Positions 12,236 to 25,338 of a stretch of 64,000 nucleotides of DNA are shown here, piece by piece (positions within the stretch are counted from its first letter, which is position 1; each line of letters begins with the position of its first letter). Position numbers and translations under genes: made by a program. Below the pieces are notes generated by a model. That model was not told the origin of the DNA and did no database searches. It was given only the letters and a program-made list of their open reading frames with translations. The stretch is from contig OZ059894.1 in assembly GCA_964057225.1 (NCBI GenBank), positions 17,856,001-17,920,000 on the forward strand, read 5' to 3'. This DNA is from Auanema rhodensis. Taxonomy: Eukaryota; Animalia; Nematoda.

Positions 12236-15200
12236 ATGGTAATGCGACGAAAGTCGGTACATTACGGCGATTTGGACCTCAACCGGATTATTAATACTTT
12301 AGTGCAGGTTTGTTATATTTCTTTTATTGTCAAATTTGTCTTTTTTCGATTCATTTTCTTCATTTTCCCTAAAATCCTTCTGAAACGTTTTCTCAAATAA
12401 CATTGAAACAAGGAAATGATTTCATTTAATTCTCAATATATTCTTCTATCCTATGTGATTATTGGTTGTTTAGCCTAAGAGAAAGCTTTTTTCAACGCTT
12501 TGCTCTATGTTGAAACAGCTTTTCTGACTCATTTGATTCCAATCATTCCAGTCAATCTAAATTTTTACATGAAATAAACCAAATATAAAATTAAAAAAAA
12601 ACAATTTGTATGTAGATAGTTTCTTATAAATTTCTTAATTTTATAAGTTATTTATAGGTTAAACCATGGCAAAAAACTGTTGACATATCAGAGAATGAAA
12701 TGAGAATGATCTGTGTCTTATCAAGACAAATTTTTATGAATCAGCCCATGCTACTGGAATTGGAACCGCCATTGAAAATAGCTGGTAATTTCTTTTTTTT
12801 TTTTTTTTTTATACTTTTCTATATATATTTTTTTATATTCAAGCTATATGAATAATTTTAAATTATATTAAAAGTAATATTATTTAATTTTCGAATATTT
12901 TTTTGTTGGAATAATTCTGTTATTATGCTCTCTTATTTCTTCAAATTTTGTGTTTAAAACCCAGTTTGTACTGGTCAAAACTTTTGAATATTTAAAAAAA
13001 AAGAAAACCAGCTAGCGATCATCATATACCCACGTACACTTTGCAATCATCCTAATAGACAAATACGCCAAATGATTATTTGTATAGCTTATGTTAATTT
13101 AATCAGCTTATTCTTTACAGCCTGTTTTTCTCTGATTCATTTCCTCTTTTCGTTCTTTCGTTCTTTCTTTTTTTTAAATAATGTAGAAAAGATATTCTAA
13201 CAAGTGTTTAAACATAAGAAACAGATGAATGATATAAGATCATTTCATTTGCCAAGCTATACCTAGTTAAGTTCAAAAATGGGTTAATTCCTCTTCGTGT
13301 TAAGCTGAATTTTCATTATTTATAGGTGATATACATGGACAGTATTCGGATTTGTTGAGGCTATTCCATTTATCCGGCTTTCCGCCTGAATCAAATTATC
13401 TATTTTTGGGTGACTATGTAGATCGTGGACCAAAGAGTATTGAAGTAAGTAGTTTATATTATTTTTACAATTTATATATATTTATGTGTATGAATGAAAT
13501 GAAAAATGAGAAAGAGAATGAGCATATTCTTCATTTTTTTTCAATCGTCATCCAAGCATCTGCTTGCTTACTAGTGAGAAAATGGAGAGAAGAAATCAGA
13601 ATTTTCAATGACGATAGCGAGAATGTCATTTTCGTCCTTCGCTTCAACATCATCTCTGTCGTGATTGATTTAATCAGATGTATCTTCATCTCATACACAA
13701 TTCAGAATATATCTGGTTAATAATTTTTAATATATAATAAATTGAGTAGGCGTGGAAGGTATCAAAAATTAATTTCCTCAATATCTAAAGCGAATATTTT
13801 TGAGTGAAAATATGGGCTTGTTGGAGATGCAACATAAAATGTTTTCTTGTTTTTGAAACTTATCAACTATTTTTAAAATATGATTCATTTATTATTATGA
13901 CAAAAATGCCATAATAACTGTTTTTATGACATATACATGTATATATCTATATGTATATGTCCGTATACCGAAGCATGCCATCGTAACATTATGCAAAATA
14001 TAAAATGAACTAAGTTTCTACTATCAAAACTATTAAACTTGAACTTATAATAAAACTATATGAACTAAGATAATGATATTTTCAAAGATATTACTTATCT
14101 TCGTAACTAATAATGTGTATATAAGTTAAATTTTTTGTAAGCTAACGTAAAATAGATGATTTCAATCACAACAGTTGCTTGTATTTTTGCTAAATTCAGT
14201 TCGGAGTTTAAAAACAAATCGCCTTACAACATCATGGATATACTATCACACACATACACACACTCACATACACAACTGAATTTTGGTTTACAACTTTACA
14301 AAACTATTTAAAAGCTTTTTCTCACCAAAATAACAAAATTTTTCAAATCAAGTAAATAGTACAACTGATTTTGAAAAAAAAAATAAAAAAATGTCAATCA
14401 GGGACTTTATTATAATAATTTTTTTTGTTTTTCAGACAATTGTATTACTGTTGTGTTACAAGATCAAATATCCAAATAATTTCTTTTTACTTCGTGGAAA
14501 CCATGAAGTTGCCAATCTTAATAGGATATATGGATTTTATGATGAATGTAAGTATATTTGATTTTACTTTGGCAAATTTAATTTTCAATTTTCAAAGTGT
14601 TACATATCTTTGCTTCATCGACTTTAATAGATGATTCAATAAAACACTAATAATTATGAAATATTAATTCAAATAGAATGTCGTCATCAGTTACAGAAAC
14701 GTTTAAATGAGTTTTCTATGATTACTCATAATCTTTTATTCCTAACCTGTCTCTTGCTTGCTTAATTTGAACGAAAAAAAAACGTTAAAGAAACTTGATT
14801 GCATAACCTTCTCGAATGTGTCAACATTCAACGACCTATGGCACATTCTTTTTTCCTATCGTTTTTTGCCTTGAGGCATATGTTTCGAAAGTTTCTCTCG
14901 CCTTTTTCATCTGCCTTTCTATTTGTTCTAAAAAATTTCTATTTGGACTCTTTTGCTGACGCCAAACTTTGCTTGTAAAACGACTTTCTAATGTGTGCTA
15001 ACAGCCCTATGGCATGGATGGCCACGACCTATCCTTGTTCTTCTATTTCCCAGAAAAATTTTGCGATTTTATATTGGAAATACATAGAAAACGAGAGAAA
15101 AGGGAGAGAGAAAATAGTAAACTGAAGAAAGATAGGTAATTTGCTATAAGGACTAAGCAAAACTGGTTAGTCATGACTTAGTCATACTCAATAGGTAGCT

Positions 15201-16971
15201 AATACCTAACTAACTAGCTATCTAAACTGTACGAAGAGACAGTTCCTCCTAGTCTTTCTGGGAAGTTCTCAAATACTGTTTGAACAGCCAACAGTTAGAG
15301 AGAAACCAAAGAAAGAAAGAAAAAGTTTAAACGGCGATAAAACTAATGTTTTTCACTAAACTACTAGTTTTCGTTATTGGTATAGAAACATTTTTAAAAG
15401 TAAATAGTGCTGTAACTTCAATACATCCAGAAACAGGTAAGATAATAGTAGAAAAAGAATATTGCGGGAGTAGGGGTGGGGTGGGTATTATGTGGGTGGG
15501 GAATGGGAAGAGGAATAAGAGAGAAATGAGGAATAGTAAAACCTTTAATAACTATATTAAATCAAAATATTTTATATTTAAAATCTTTTTTTTTTTTATT
15601 AAATTTAAAACAAAAAAATATGTATATGTTCTTTTTTTTAAATTAATTGTTTCTCTTTTCAGGCAAAAGAAGATACAGTATCAAGTTATGGAAAACTTTC
15701 CAAGATGTTTTCAATTGTATGCCAGTTGCAGCTCTTATAGATAACAAAATATTCTGCTGTCATGGAGGTAAACTTAGTTTTCAAAGTTTGAAAAAGCCTT
15801 TTACGCCTTATTGCAACATGCAAAACCTTAATTTTCATCTATTTATATATCATTTGTTTTTGAGCTGAAATTCATTGGTAATCATACATTTTGAATTTAT
15901 TTCAAGTTACCGAATTTGTTAAAAAGTTACAACTTCACACGTTTTCTGGAAATGAAAGCTACGGAAATTGAAATGAAAACATGGTATCGTCGTCAAATTC
16001 AAAAATATTCTGAAACTTTTCTTGTTTATTATTAATCTTATTTTTTTAAACATATATTTATTTCTCTCTCTCTTCTCTCTCTCTCTCTATCTCTCTCTTA
16101 GTTCCTCTTTTCTTATTTTTATAAAAAAAATGAATAAACGGTCAATGCCTAGTAAAGAAACAAATGTTTCACGTGACCCAATGAATACATTACATATATT
16201 TGTATCATAAAATAAAAAAAAAAAGATAAAAACCAGACAATCAATAAAACATTTTGAATATTTTGATTTTTCCCTTTTTAATTTTTTTTTGTTTAAGGAC
16301 TATCACCTACATTGCGCTCGTTGGATCAACTAAAACGAATTTCCAGACCTTGTGATGTACATGAAACTGGTACGAGAAGATTTCTTTTTATCAATTAATT
16401 ACATATATATAGATATCTTATCATTAAATTTTATTTTTATATTTCTTATAGGACTTCTATGTGATATATTGTGGTCAGACCCTGATGCAACCGTAGTTGG
16501 CTGGGCTCCTAATGAACGAGGAGTTTCATACGTGTTTGGGGTTGATGTCTTAGCTCAATTTCTGCAGAAAATGGACTTAGATATTGTAGTTAGAGGCCAT
16601 CAAGTAATAAATTATTTATTCAATAATAAATAAGTAATATTATATTTTGTAGGTAGTTGAAGATGGTTATGAGTTTTTCGGTAGACGTGGTCTTGTGACC
16701 ATATTTTCTGCTCCAAATTATTGTGGAGAATTCGATAATGCTGGAGCAGTAATGAATGTAGATGAGAATCTTCTTTGCTCATTCCAGGTATTTTTGTAGA
16801 AAATTTTCAGACTATTTTTACAAAATTATTTTCCAGATATTGAAACCGTTGCAATTGATGGAAACAAAAGAAAAGCAAAATTCTTTTGCTAATGGATTAG
16901 CAAATCTTGTAAATATTCGAATCGAACCTAAATCTCAGCAACAAAAACGGTTTCGAAGAGGAGTACTGTAG
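12236..16971 (+). CDS. Serine/threonine protein phosphatase PP1 catalytic subunit (PPP family), 9 exons
   Basis: Exons 12236-12307, 12658-12784, 13326-13444, 14436-14547, 15663-15767, 16298-16369, 16452-16603, 16653-16787 and 16837-16971 splice in frame. Motifs present: [59 protein letters not shown]. Confidence 0.97.
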
Positions 16972-17919
16972 ATTAAAGTTGAAAATCAGTTGAAAGCTTA
17001 CATATGCTTGCATTTTGACGATTAACTTCAATATCCTCATATGTACATATATTCAAATCGTTTCTTAGACAATTTTTTAAAATAATTTGTATCAAGCTGA
17101 GTTTATCAGTTTTCAGTTACAATTTTGTTTTTTTTTTGTGTTTTTTCGGGTACATATCACGTAAAATGTTTCTATAGATTTAAGAGTTTTTGTGCATAAT
17201 AGTTATTCTCACCCACCCTTCCTCCCCTCTCCCTGTCTCTCTCTCTCTTCATATCTATAAACTACCCTCCCTCTCTCTCTCTTTTCCTTCTTTATTTCAA
17301 TATTTTATGTAAATCTTCTACGTTTTTTTTGTGTTTTTCTCATTAAGAATATTGAGAACTTGTTGAAATATCGTGTATATCATGTAAAAAGAGAAATTTT
17401 TAGTGTATATACTTTTATATAATTTCCAACCAACCCGCTCTTCTTCCGTTTACCACAATCATTTTCTTTTATTTCGGGTTATAAAATAAAATAATCAACT
17501 TATTACTTTTTTATTCTTTAAATATGAAAAACAAGAACATACAACATTGTAAATCAAATAATATTATTTGAGAAAACACTAAGTATACAGAAAGAATTAC
17601 AGATCCGGAATAATTAAAGGAAAAAAAAGTTGTTCATATAGTATATTCATAACTATGCTAAAATTATATTTTTCAACTCTAGTTTTATCATATACACAAT
17701 ACATAAGTACGTACCTTAGTCAAGCATGTCAATAGTGATACCAGAAGACTAACAATCCAACTTTAATGAAAGAAAAATGTTTTTTGTCTTTAAAGAAAAA
17801 ATTATTAAACTATATATTTCACCAAAAATGAATAAATTTGTTTAAAATTTATATTTTTTTCAAACAATAAATTATAAAAATAATAAAATATTTTATATTT
17901 TAAATGACATTTAATATTT

Positions 17920-18449
17920 TTAAAGAGGTATACGATGAAAATCAATAAGTACTGTTAAGCTGGCTAGGGATACTCCAATGAGAACCATAACGAACATAAC
18001 CATATATGGAAAACAACCACATTCAGAATATAAATCTCCATTTCTTAACAGTAAAACATCAACTTAACCTCAAATATTTGAACAAACCCTTCACAGCCAT
18101 CTAATAATCTTTGAATTCGTTTGAAGTTGTTGCCCGCTGCAGTTGTGCCTTGAGATGTGGTTCTACTTCTGCTGGCACCACCAGTAGTATTCGACATTGC
18201 CGTTGAGCTGGATCTTGAGGTTGTTTTAGATCTGGTCTTAGATCCACTGGTTTTGTTTGACGTCTTTCCACGAGAGTTCGGCGCCTTAAAGCATTAAAGC
18301 TTTGCGAATAGGTTTGAAAAGAAAATATACTTACAGGCTCAAAATCATCTTCCGTTACACTCTCCTTTCCGTGTTTTCTGAACATTTCAAAAACCGCATA
18401 AAAAAACTGAGTTTACTTACTTAATATAATATTCAATATCACCAGGCAT
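17920..18449 (-). CDS. Small (130 aa) Ser/Thr-rich protein with a single C-terminal TM helix (tail-anchored), function unknown
   Basis: Exons 18449-18421, 18377-18335, 18284-18088 and 18043-17920 are in frame with 43-50 nt GT-AG introns: MPGDIELYIKKHGKESVTEDDFEPAPNSRGKTSNKTSGSKTRSKTTSRSSST...ECGCFPYMVMFVMVLIGVSLASLTVLIDFHRIPL*. Confidence 0.75.
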
Positions 18450-18627
18450 CAGAAATTGAAGCTTAAGAATGAAAACTTAAAACTTTACACGTGAGAGCAT
18501 TACACGTGGATTATTAACTTATCCATTAATTTTCACGCCAAAGTTTATCAATTTGAATAAATTGTTGAAACTGTCTTTTAAATTTTTATTTCTAAGTTTT
18601 TCTAATTTTTTTTCTTAATACTTAAAA

Positions 18628-20280
18628 TTAAAAATGAAAATGTTGTTCCTCATTTTTAGGATAAATACAGTATAAAACAAATAAAAGTATTGAAGAAATT
18701 AAAAAATATGGGAGAAATGATATAAAGAATCCATGTGCATGTAAGCAATAAGGAAACGTTCCAGTACTGAAAATGTTTTTAAGAATAAAAATAATTTCCA
18801 AATTATATTTTATAAAAACCTTAAAGCTGCCAAAATCCATAAAACTGATCTTCCTTTACTCATTTGTTCCATTTGTTCCGATAAATTAACAAATTGCTCT
18901 TAACATTTGATATATATATATTTAAAATTATAGTAAAACTGTTGAAGATTAACCTGATATTAAACATAAAGCTGTGTTACACGGTACAGATACTACAACA
19001 CTGAGCATCCATACTAGAATTGAAAGAGCTGCAGTATAATGCTGAAAGTTTTAGTTGAGAGCATAGCAAACTTCATCTATATACCAACCTTTGGTGGTAA
19101 GAAAGGATATATTGAAGTTATAAGAATAACAGCTTGTAAGAATACAGCTATAGAATATCCTCCAATGATAAGGAGTCGCCTACAAGTTTTATCTATACTA
19201 TGACAATGTTTTTCCTTTTTTACCTATCCAAAAGGGTGAAATATAGGATGAGGATAAGAACAATTTGAGCTAACGGAAAGGTTACAGATAGAATTGAAGC
19301 AGTTTCAAGTGTTGTTCCAAAACTTTCAAAGATAAGTATGGAATATCCTAATGTAATAGGAACTCCAATCGACTGGAATCATAGTTAAACGTAAGATGAT
19401 GTATTGGTAAATAATAAATATTACCACATTCAGAATCATTAGTACATAAACAAGTAAATAAGGAAAGTTTGATGATTTACTGGAGTTTGTTGTTGTTGAG
19501 ACACAATCCACGACATCATTAACATCACCATCGTCATCATCATCATCATCATCATCTATTTCTTCTTGTCGTTTTGATGGTGCGAACAGTAGATAGACGC
19601 AACCTATAGTTATTTTAACCTTGACGAAAGAAGAAACAGAAATTTGCAGAATTTTTTCTGATCTATTGATATTCATTAACAAACATACCACATGCTCCAG
19701 TAAACACAGAAGAAAAGAGAATAATATTAGCAAATTTCCATTTTAGTACTTGCAACAAGTTGATCATAAATGTTGCAAATGCAAATGCAATTCCCAAAAC
19801 AAAAAAATGAGCTGGTCTCCTAGGATAGCTGATAAGCTCAAACAGCAAAACTGTAGAAGCTACAAATCCAAGACCAGCTCCACATCCAATTAAAAAACGA
19901 CCAAATGTTAAGAAAAAGGTTCTTAATTATTAGGAAAAATGTTAAATTTTCTATTAAAAACTGGATATTCACGTTGGTATTGCCGCCAAAACTGATCCAA
20001 CTATTAAAAGCCATGCATCCACTTTCAGCACGCGACGAGTGCAACAAGGTTTAAAGGCTAAGAATAACGTAGACACAAATTTTCCTTAAATGTTCCTTAA
20101 AGTTGATGAGAATGAAATTTTGAATTTTTTTTTTTTTTTAATGTAAAAGTTACCTAATGGGAAGGCAGCAGTAGCAATAGCATAATCTGTCGGATCAAAC
20201 TCAGAAGATGCAGAAGACAAAACACTTTGCTGACAAATTTGAAGAGCCGAAACCAACGATAGAACAAAGCCAAGCTTCAT
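18628..20280 (-). CDS. Divergent MFS sugar-porter (GLUT-like) transporter
   Basis: Multi-exon hydrophobic ORF with the sugar-porter-like signature FGRFLIGCGAGLGFVASTVLLFELISYPRR, an acidic central loop (EEIDDDDDDDDGD) and a second hydrophobic half ending ...CIYPKNEEQHFHF*. Confidence 0.8.
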
Positions 20281-20454
20281 TTTGTATAACTTAATAAATC
20301 AAAAAAAAAGAAATGGTTCCATTTTCCGTTATAAGAGCGAGATATTGTGTAAAATTAATCAATAGATTAGTAACACTACTGTGGTTATGTCTGCTCTTTC
20401 TTAAAATAACAGCATTGGTCCACCATGAAATAAAAAAAAAGAAACAATCGTACG

Positions 20455-22455
20455 ACTCAAACAAATATTTGAGAGAAACGCAATGATGATTCAAATCATC
20501 TACAGAAACTTGGGGGAGGGGGTAGTTTATCCCTAATTCGATAAATCTCTTGTAACTTAAAGGAAAGCACAAAAACATAGGCATTATAATAGCTGCTACA
20601 GTGAATCTTATGCAATATTATAAGTATTAGCTTTAAGATACATTTATATTTTTAAATAAGTGTTGAAGATAAAGATGAAGCTGTAAATCCCAGCTTAAAA
20701 GCAGCCTAGAAATTGTCAAAATCAGCATGTTTTCTGCGGATGACACAGCTAAACTCAATGACAGATTTTCTTGTTCTCACGAGATATTATATATTAAAAT
20801 TATATACAAACAAATCTTTATCGTATATCCTAAAACAAATATTGAATTTTTGAAGATCAAGATTAACTTAAACATTTTATATTTTTATTATTTCTCATTT
20901 ATTTCATGATTTTCGACAGCTCACTTCTTAGAAAAAAAAAGAATGAAATACAATTTCACGTTTTACGGCATTTTTCTTAATTCAATATACATAAAAATAC
21001 TTATTCAAAAAATATTAAATTTAATAGTTTTTCTTTTTTAAAATATATTTTATAATTAAAATTAACATATAGTATATACATATAAATATAAATATAAATA
21101 TAATATTTCTAACTAATAATATCTAAAACTGAAAACATTTGCTTCAGAAACAAATATTTTATTCATTGGTTTTTTTTGATACAAATAAAAAACAAATTTA
21201 TTTTCTTAAATTGAAAATTATGATCAATATAAATTAATAAAAATATTATTGTAAATGTATTGATAAACTATAAATATTTATAGTTTTCTCTAAAACCCTA
21301 GCTATGAAAAAAAGTTTTATATAAAACTTTGAATATATGCTAATTACAAATCATCAAAAAACTAAAAAAAAAGCAAATTAACGATCATATTTGAATACGT
21401 ATGAATTCAATTGATATAATTTATATTAATAATTAACTATTAAACCTATGCTTATTTCAAGAAAATCCCACACACTATTGAAGATTGTAATTAAGTTGAA
21501 CATTTCAAATACTTTGTCCGCTTAATACTGCTGCACTATTGAGATTATATGATGGTGGTGACATGGTAACAGTGTTCAAAATTGATCTGATAAGCAAGAT
21601 ATTATTTCAATTCATTACTTTGCAAAATCTGCCTTATGCATATAACATCAGAGAACTGAATGTGTTATGGAGAGAGAAACGAAATTATTAAAAATTGATT
21701 CGTTGTCCAATTTCTTCTGTCTAATATCAAAAGACGACCATTAATGGAATACCATCCATACGAAGTATAATAGTTCCCGTTATAATTGTTACACAATTGA
21801 TTAATAAACGATATCAAAAATTTTTCGTTCATCATTTCGCCAACCATCGTTTTTAAAATGTCCTTTATTATTTAGTTTTTCTAGGGTTAGTTGTCACTTA
21901 CAGCTAAATCTCTTTTGTCACTTTTATAATTGTGAACTCCTTCAATTGATCTTTCAACTTTTTTTTTTCCTTGAAACCCATTCAAACAAAAATTACTGTG
22001 AAGATTTAGCAGAAAATATGTATCTCGAAATTATAAAGGATCATGAAGACTACAAGTTGCCCCTAGAACATCTCCCCTACATCTTCTTCCAGTGACCACA
22101 GAGCAGAAGACGAACAAATAAATATTTGACTCAATGACAATTCAAATCAACTATAGAAAAATCAGTAGGGGTAAGGTTCATCTCTACTGGATAAAATTCA
22201 TGACAACGTAAGGTTAAATACAAAAACATTGGAAACATAAAAACAATTCATGTTAACCGTATTTAGTATCATTAGCACTGACTTGAAGACACATTCATAA
22301 GACAAACGTTGACCAGAAATAAGAAGCTGCAAATCTAAGCTTAAAACAGCCTAGAATTTGTCAAAACAGTATTGTGCTTCAGTTAGAGACAATTTCAGTA
22401 ACATAATTCATCCTTTTATAAGAAATTACATTTGAAAATTGTGAACAAACAATCA
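20455..22455. repeat. Diverged direct duplication of about 350 bp (copy A ~20455-20820, copy B ~22110-22455)
   Basis: Collinear anchors at a near-constant offset of ~1640-1650: ttcaaatcatctacagaaa/ttcaaatcaactatagaaa, acaaaaacat/acaaaaacat, agcttaaaagcagcctagaaattgtcaaaa/agcttaaaacagcctagaatttgtcaaaa, acaaacaa/acaaacaa. Confidence 0.75.
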
Positions 22456-22783
22456 TGAACAGTATAAAAGTGCAGGCCTAATAAGAAACAAACGAACATA
22501 AGTTATATATATGTATCTGTTGTGGCACAAGGAACATAAAATATTTTGAAAATAGCCAAGAAGCAGCTGATTAATAGGATACGAAAATAACAAAATGGAA
22601 TAATAATCATACAGTTACGATTAAATGCTTAACATGCTAAAAAAGAACATCAAACATCACCAAACATTGTGTGAAAAAGAATAATTGCGTACCAGTAAAA
22701 TTCGCGACATTAGTCGAACTTTCAAGTATAAATGGATATTGGGTTAATTTGGCATCAATGAGTACAAAACATTACTTCATTGA

Positions 22784-24556
22784 TTAATCGTGCTTTATGT
22801 TCTGATCGTCCAAAACCTAGAAAAAGAGAGAAGTGTTACATACAAATTTGTCATCATTCCCCTACCTCTTCTACGACTCTTCGTTTGATAAATTCTCGAG
22901 ATTCTGATTGGACGTACTCGTTCTTCAATGCAACCTGTCTCAGTACCCAATCAATTCTCAATTCATCCATGGAATTCCAGCCGGGATGACTTGTTTCTGT
23001 TTCCACAATCTCTGAAAAAAAAGTAATCATTTTGAGTGATTTATATAACAGCAAACCTAAAACAGCAGCTCTTATATCCTCTTTCCAAGCTTCTTCATCC
23101 TTTTTCGCTTCTTCATCAAACTGAGGAGCGCTATCGAAACAGACCACAATAGCTGTCATGTTATCTTTAGATCCTTTCCATAAGCAAGCATCCAGGACCT
23201 AAAATGGAAAGATTAACACACAGGAAGAAAAAAGAATACAATTACATCGTTACATACTGTTTCCAAGTTGTCACCATTTACATTAAGACGCGCACGAACA
23301 AATGAGCATAGTTCCTCATTTTCCATGACATCGTAGACGCCATCGCATGCCAAAACTAAGAATTCGTCGTTTTCCTGAATATTACATTGAAATCTCAATT
23401 TTTTACAGAAACATACCTTAGATCTAGACAAAACGTATACATCAGGTTCGGGGGAAACAAGCTGTTGAACAGCGCTAAGGTCTGGGCTTCCTTTATACTC
23501 GAAATCGCCGAATGCTCTGAAATTTTTTTGCAATGAAATAATAGGATTTCGAAATACCTAGACACAGCCAAACTTCCGTTTATTCTGTGAATCATAACAG
23601 AACCACCAGCCTTAATAATTCTTTCTCTCTCTTTGGTTAGGTTGGGCTGAAAAAAACCATAACTGAATTTCTTGATAAATAGATTTACCTTATGATCGTC
23701 AGTACCAAAAACTTCTCCTGACTTTCTTGAATAAACAGCACGGGAATCACCTAAAACTTTTATGACGACGAGTTAAAATCATTTCAACTAACCTAAGTTC
23801 GCGATGATAGTGTGAGTTGGAGTGATGATAGCACAAACAGCAGTAGTACCACTGCGATCTCTTTCCTAAATGCTTGAGATAACTTTGGTATAACTACTAA
23901 AGAGAAACCTTATCGAGTTCTTCTCTCATCTTTTCATCCATTTGTAAGAAACCTTCAACAATTCCCTCTTTCATCAGCTCAAGCAGTTCGTCAGTAAGTG
24001 TATTGTTATTTTCAAGCAGTTTTTCACTCAGCTGAAATTGCAATGATGTATAGAACATTTTTAATAAGCTACCTGCTGGAATTTTTCAGTGTTAATCAAA
24101 GTATCCATTATATAAGCAGATCCCAAATTTGCTGCAACATTACCGGCATGCCCGTCAAAAACAGCAAAGAAAGACCAGCCTTTGTAAGGTTCAACTTTTC
24201 CCATTGAATACTAAAAAAATTAAAATAATGAAATAATACAACAAATTAAAACCTCCAAAACGTGAGCATCTTCCATATCTACACGCCAACCTTGCATACT
24301 GCCGAGAGCGAACCGAAGACCCTAAGAAAAGAAAAAGTAAAAAAGCTTTTTTAGGTTAGTAAAATACATTTCCATCTCCAGAAGAATTGGTCTTCACTGT
24401 CCGAGGTTTGTCCAAGAATGCTCCCATGGTTGGATTATCGGTTATTTCTACAAGACCACAACGAGTTATACGCCAGGTACGAAGAACAGGACTAGTAGCC
24501 AAAGGAATCTGCGAGAGGGAATCAGAGTCAGATTTGTCATTGACTAAATAAGACAT
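22784..24556 (-). CDS. ppm-1: Protein phosphatase 2C, PPM1A/B type
   Basis: Motifs [88 protein letters not shown] and KGSKDNMT. A 43-aa N-terminal extension ([11 protein letters not shown]) resembles the long C. elegans PPM-1 form as I recall it. A TTTCAG acceptor lies just upstream of the ATG. Confidence 0.95.
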
Positions 24557-25338
24557 CGCATTCTGAAATGGGCACGTGCATGCAAAACGAAACCGCTAGA
24601 TATGCTATAAAATGGGATCACTTCATAAATTAGATAGAAATCAAGACGGGATTACAGAACATGTTTTAACTTAATTACAAAAAAAATCGAAGTGATATTA
24701 GGAAAATGCGAGAAAGCGCAAAACAAAAACAAATTTAATTCTGTGTCCGCTGATCTGTATCTTCATGCAGGGTTTCCTATAGTTCATGCAAAAATTAAAA
24801 GAGACTAAAATGCGTGTAAATCAGAATTCATAATTGGTGAAAAGAAAACTAGATATGACTATGGCAAGAAAGTGAAGAAAAGAAAAACACAAACAAAGAT
24901 TGGTAAGACCGCAAGGATTTTTAATTTGAACTACTACAATGTTACAGCTACACATCGTATTTAGAGCACTTAAAGTTTCAAAATAACCTTTATGATAAAA
25001 GAACACAATAAAAGGATGAAATAGACATCAAATATTGAAAGTTATTCAATGACATCATAATTTCGCAAGGAAGTAAGGTGGGCAACGCCTCTGAGGCTAC
25101 CATAGAAAAAACGCCAATCAATAAAAAACGTCAAGCTCGTACATTGGCGTAATCATGGCCGCATTACAGCTACAAGCAAGAGACAGAATTATAAACAAGG
25201 TGATAATTTCGAGATAAATATATTACAAAATTTGATTGTTTTATATAATTCATTGATTCTTTATTAGTAATATTGTTATTATTATTATTGTTATTATTAT
25301 TATTGCTATTAGTAAAGGAATTCTTATTTTACAAATTC

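Noticed and set aside
12952-12990. GTTTAAAACCCAGTT resembling an SL2-type leader in PP1 intron 2
   Set aside because: There is no 5' GG, no AG|GT donor at position 22, and no stem II, Sm site or stem III layout.
17920-18449. Sec61-beta identity for the tail-anchored protein
   Set aside because: The architecture is similar, but the conserved FYTDD/E...VGP motif before the TM is absent.
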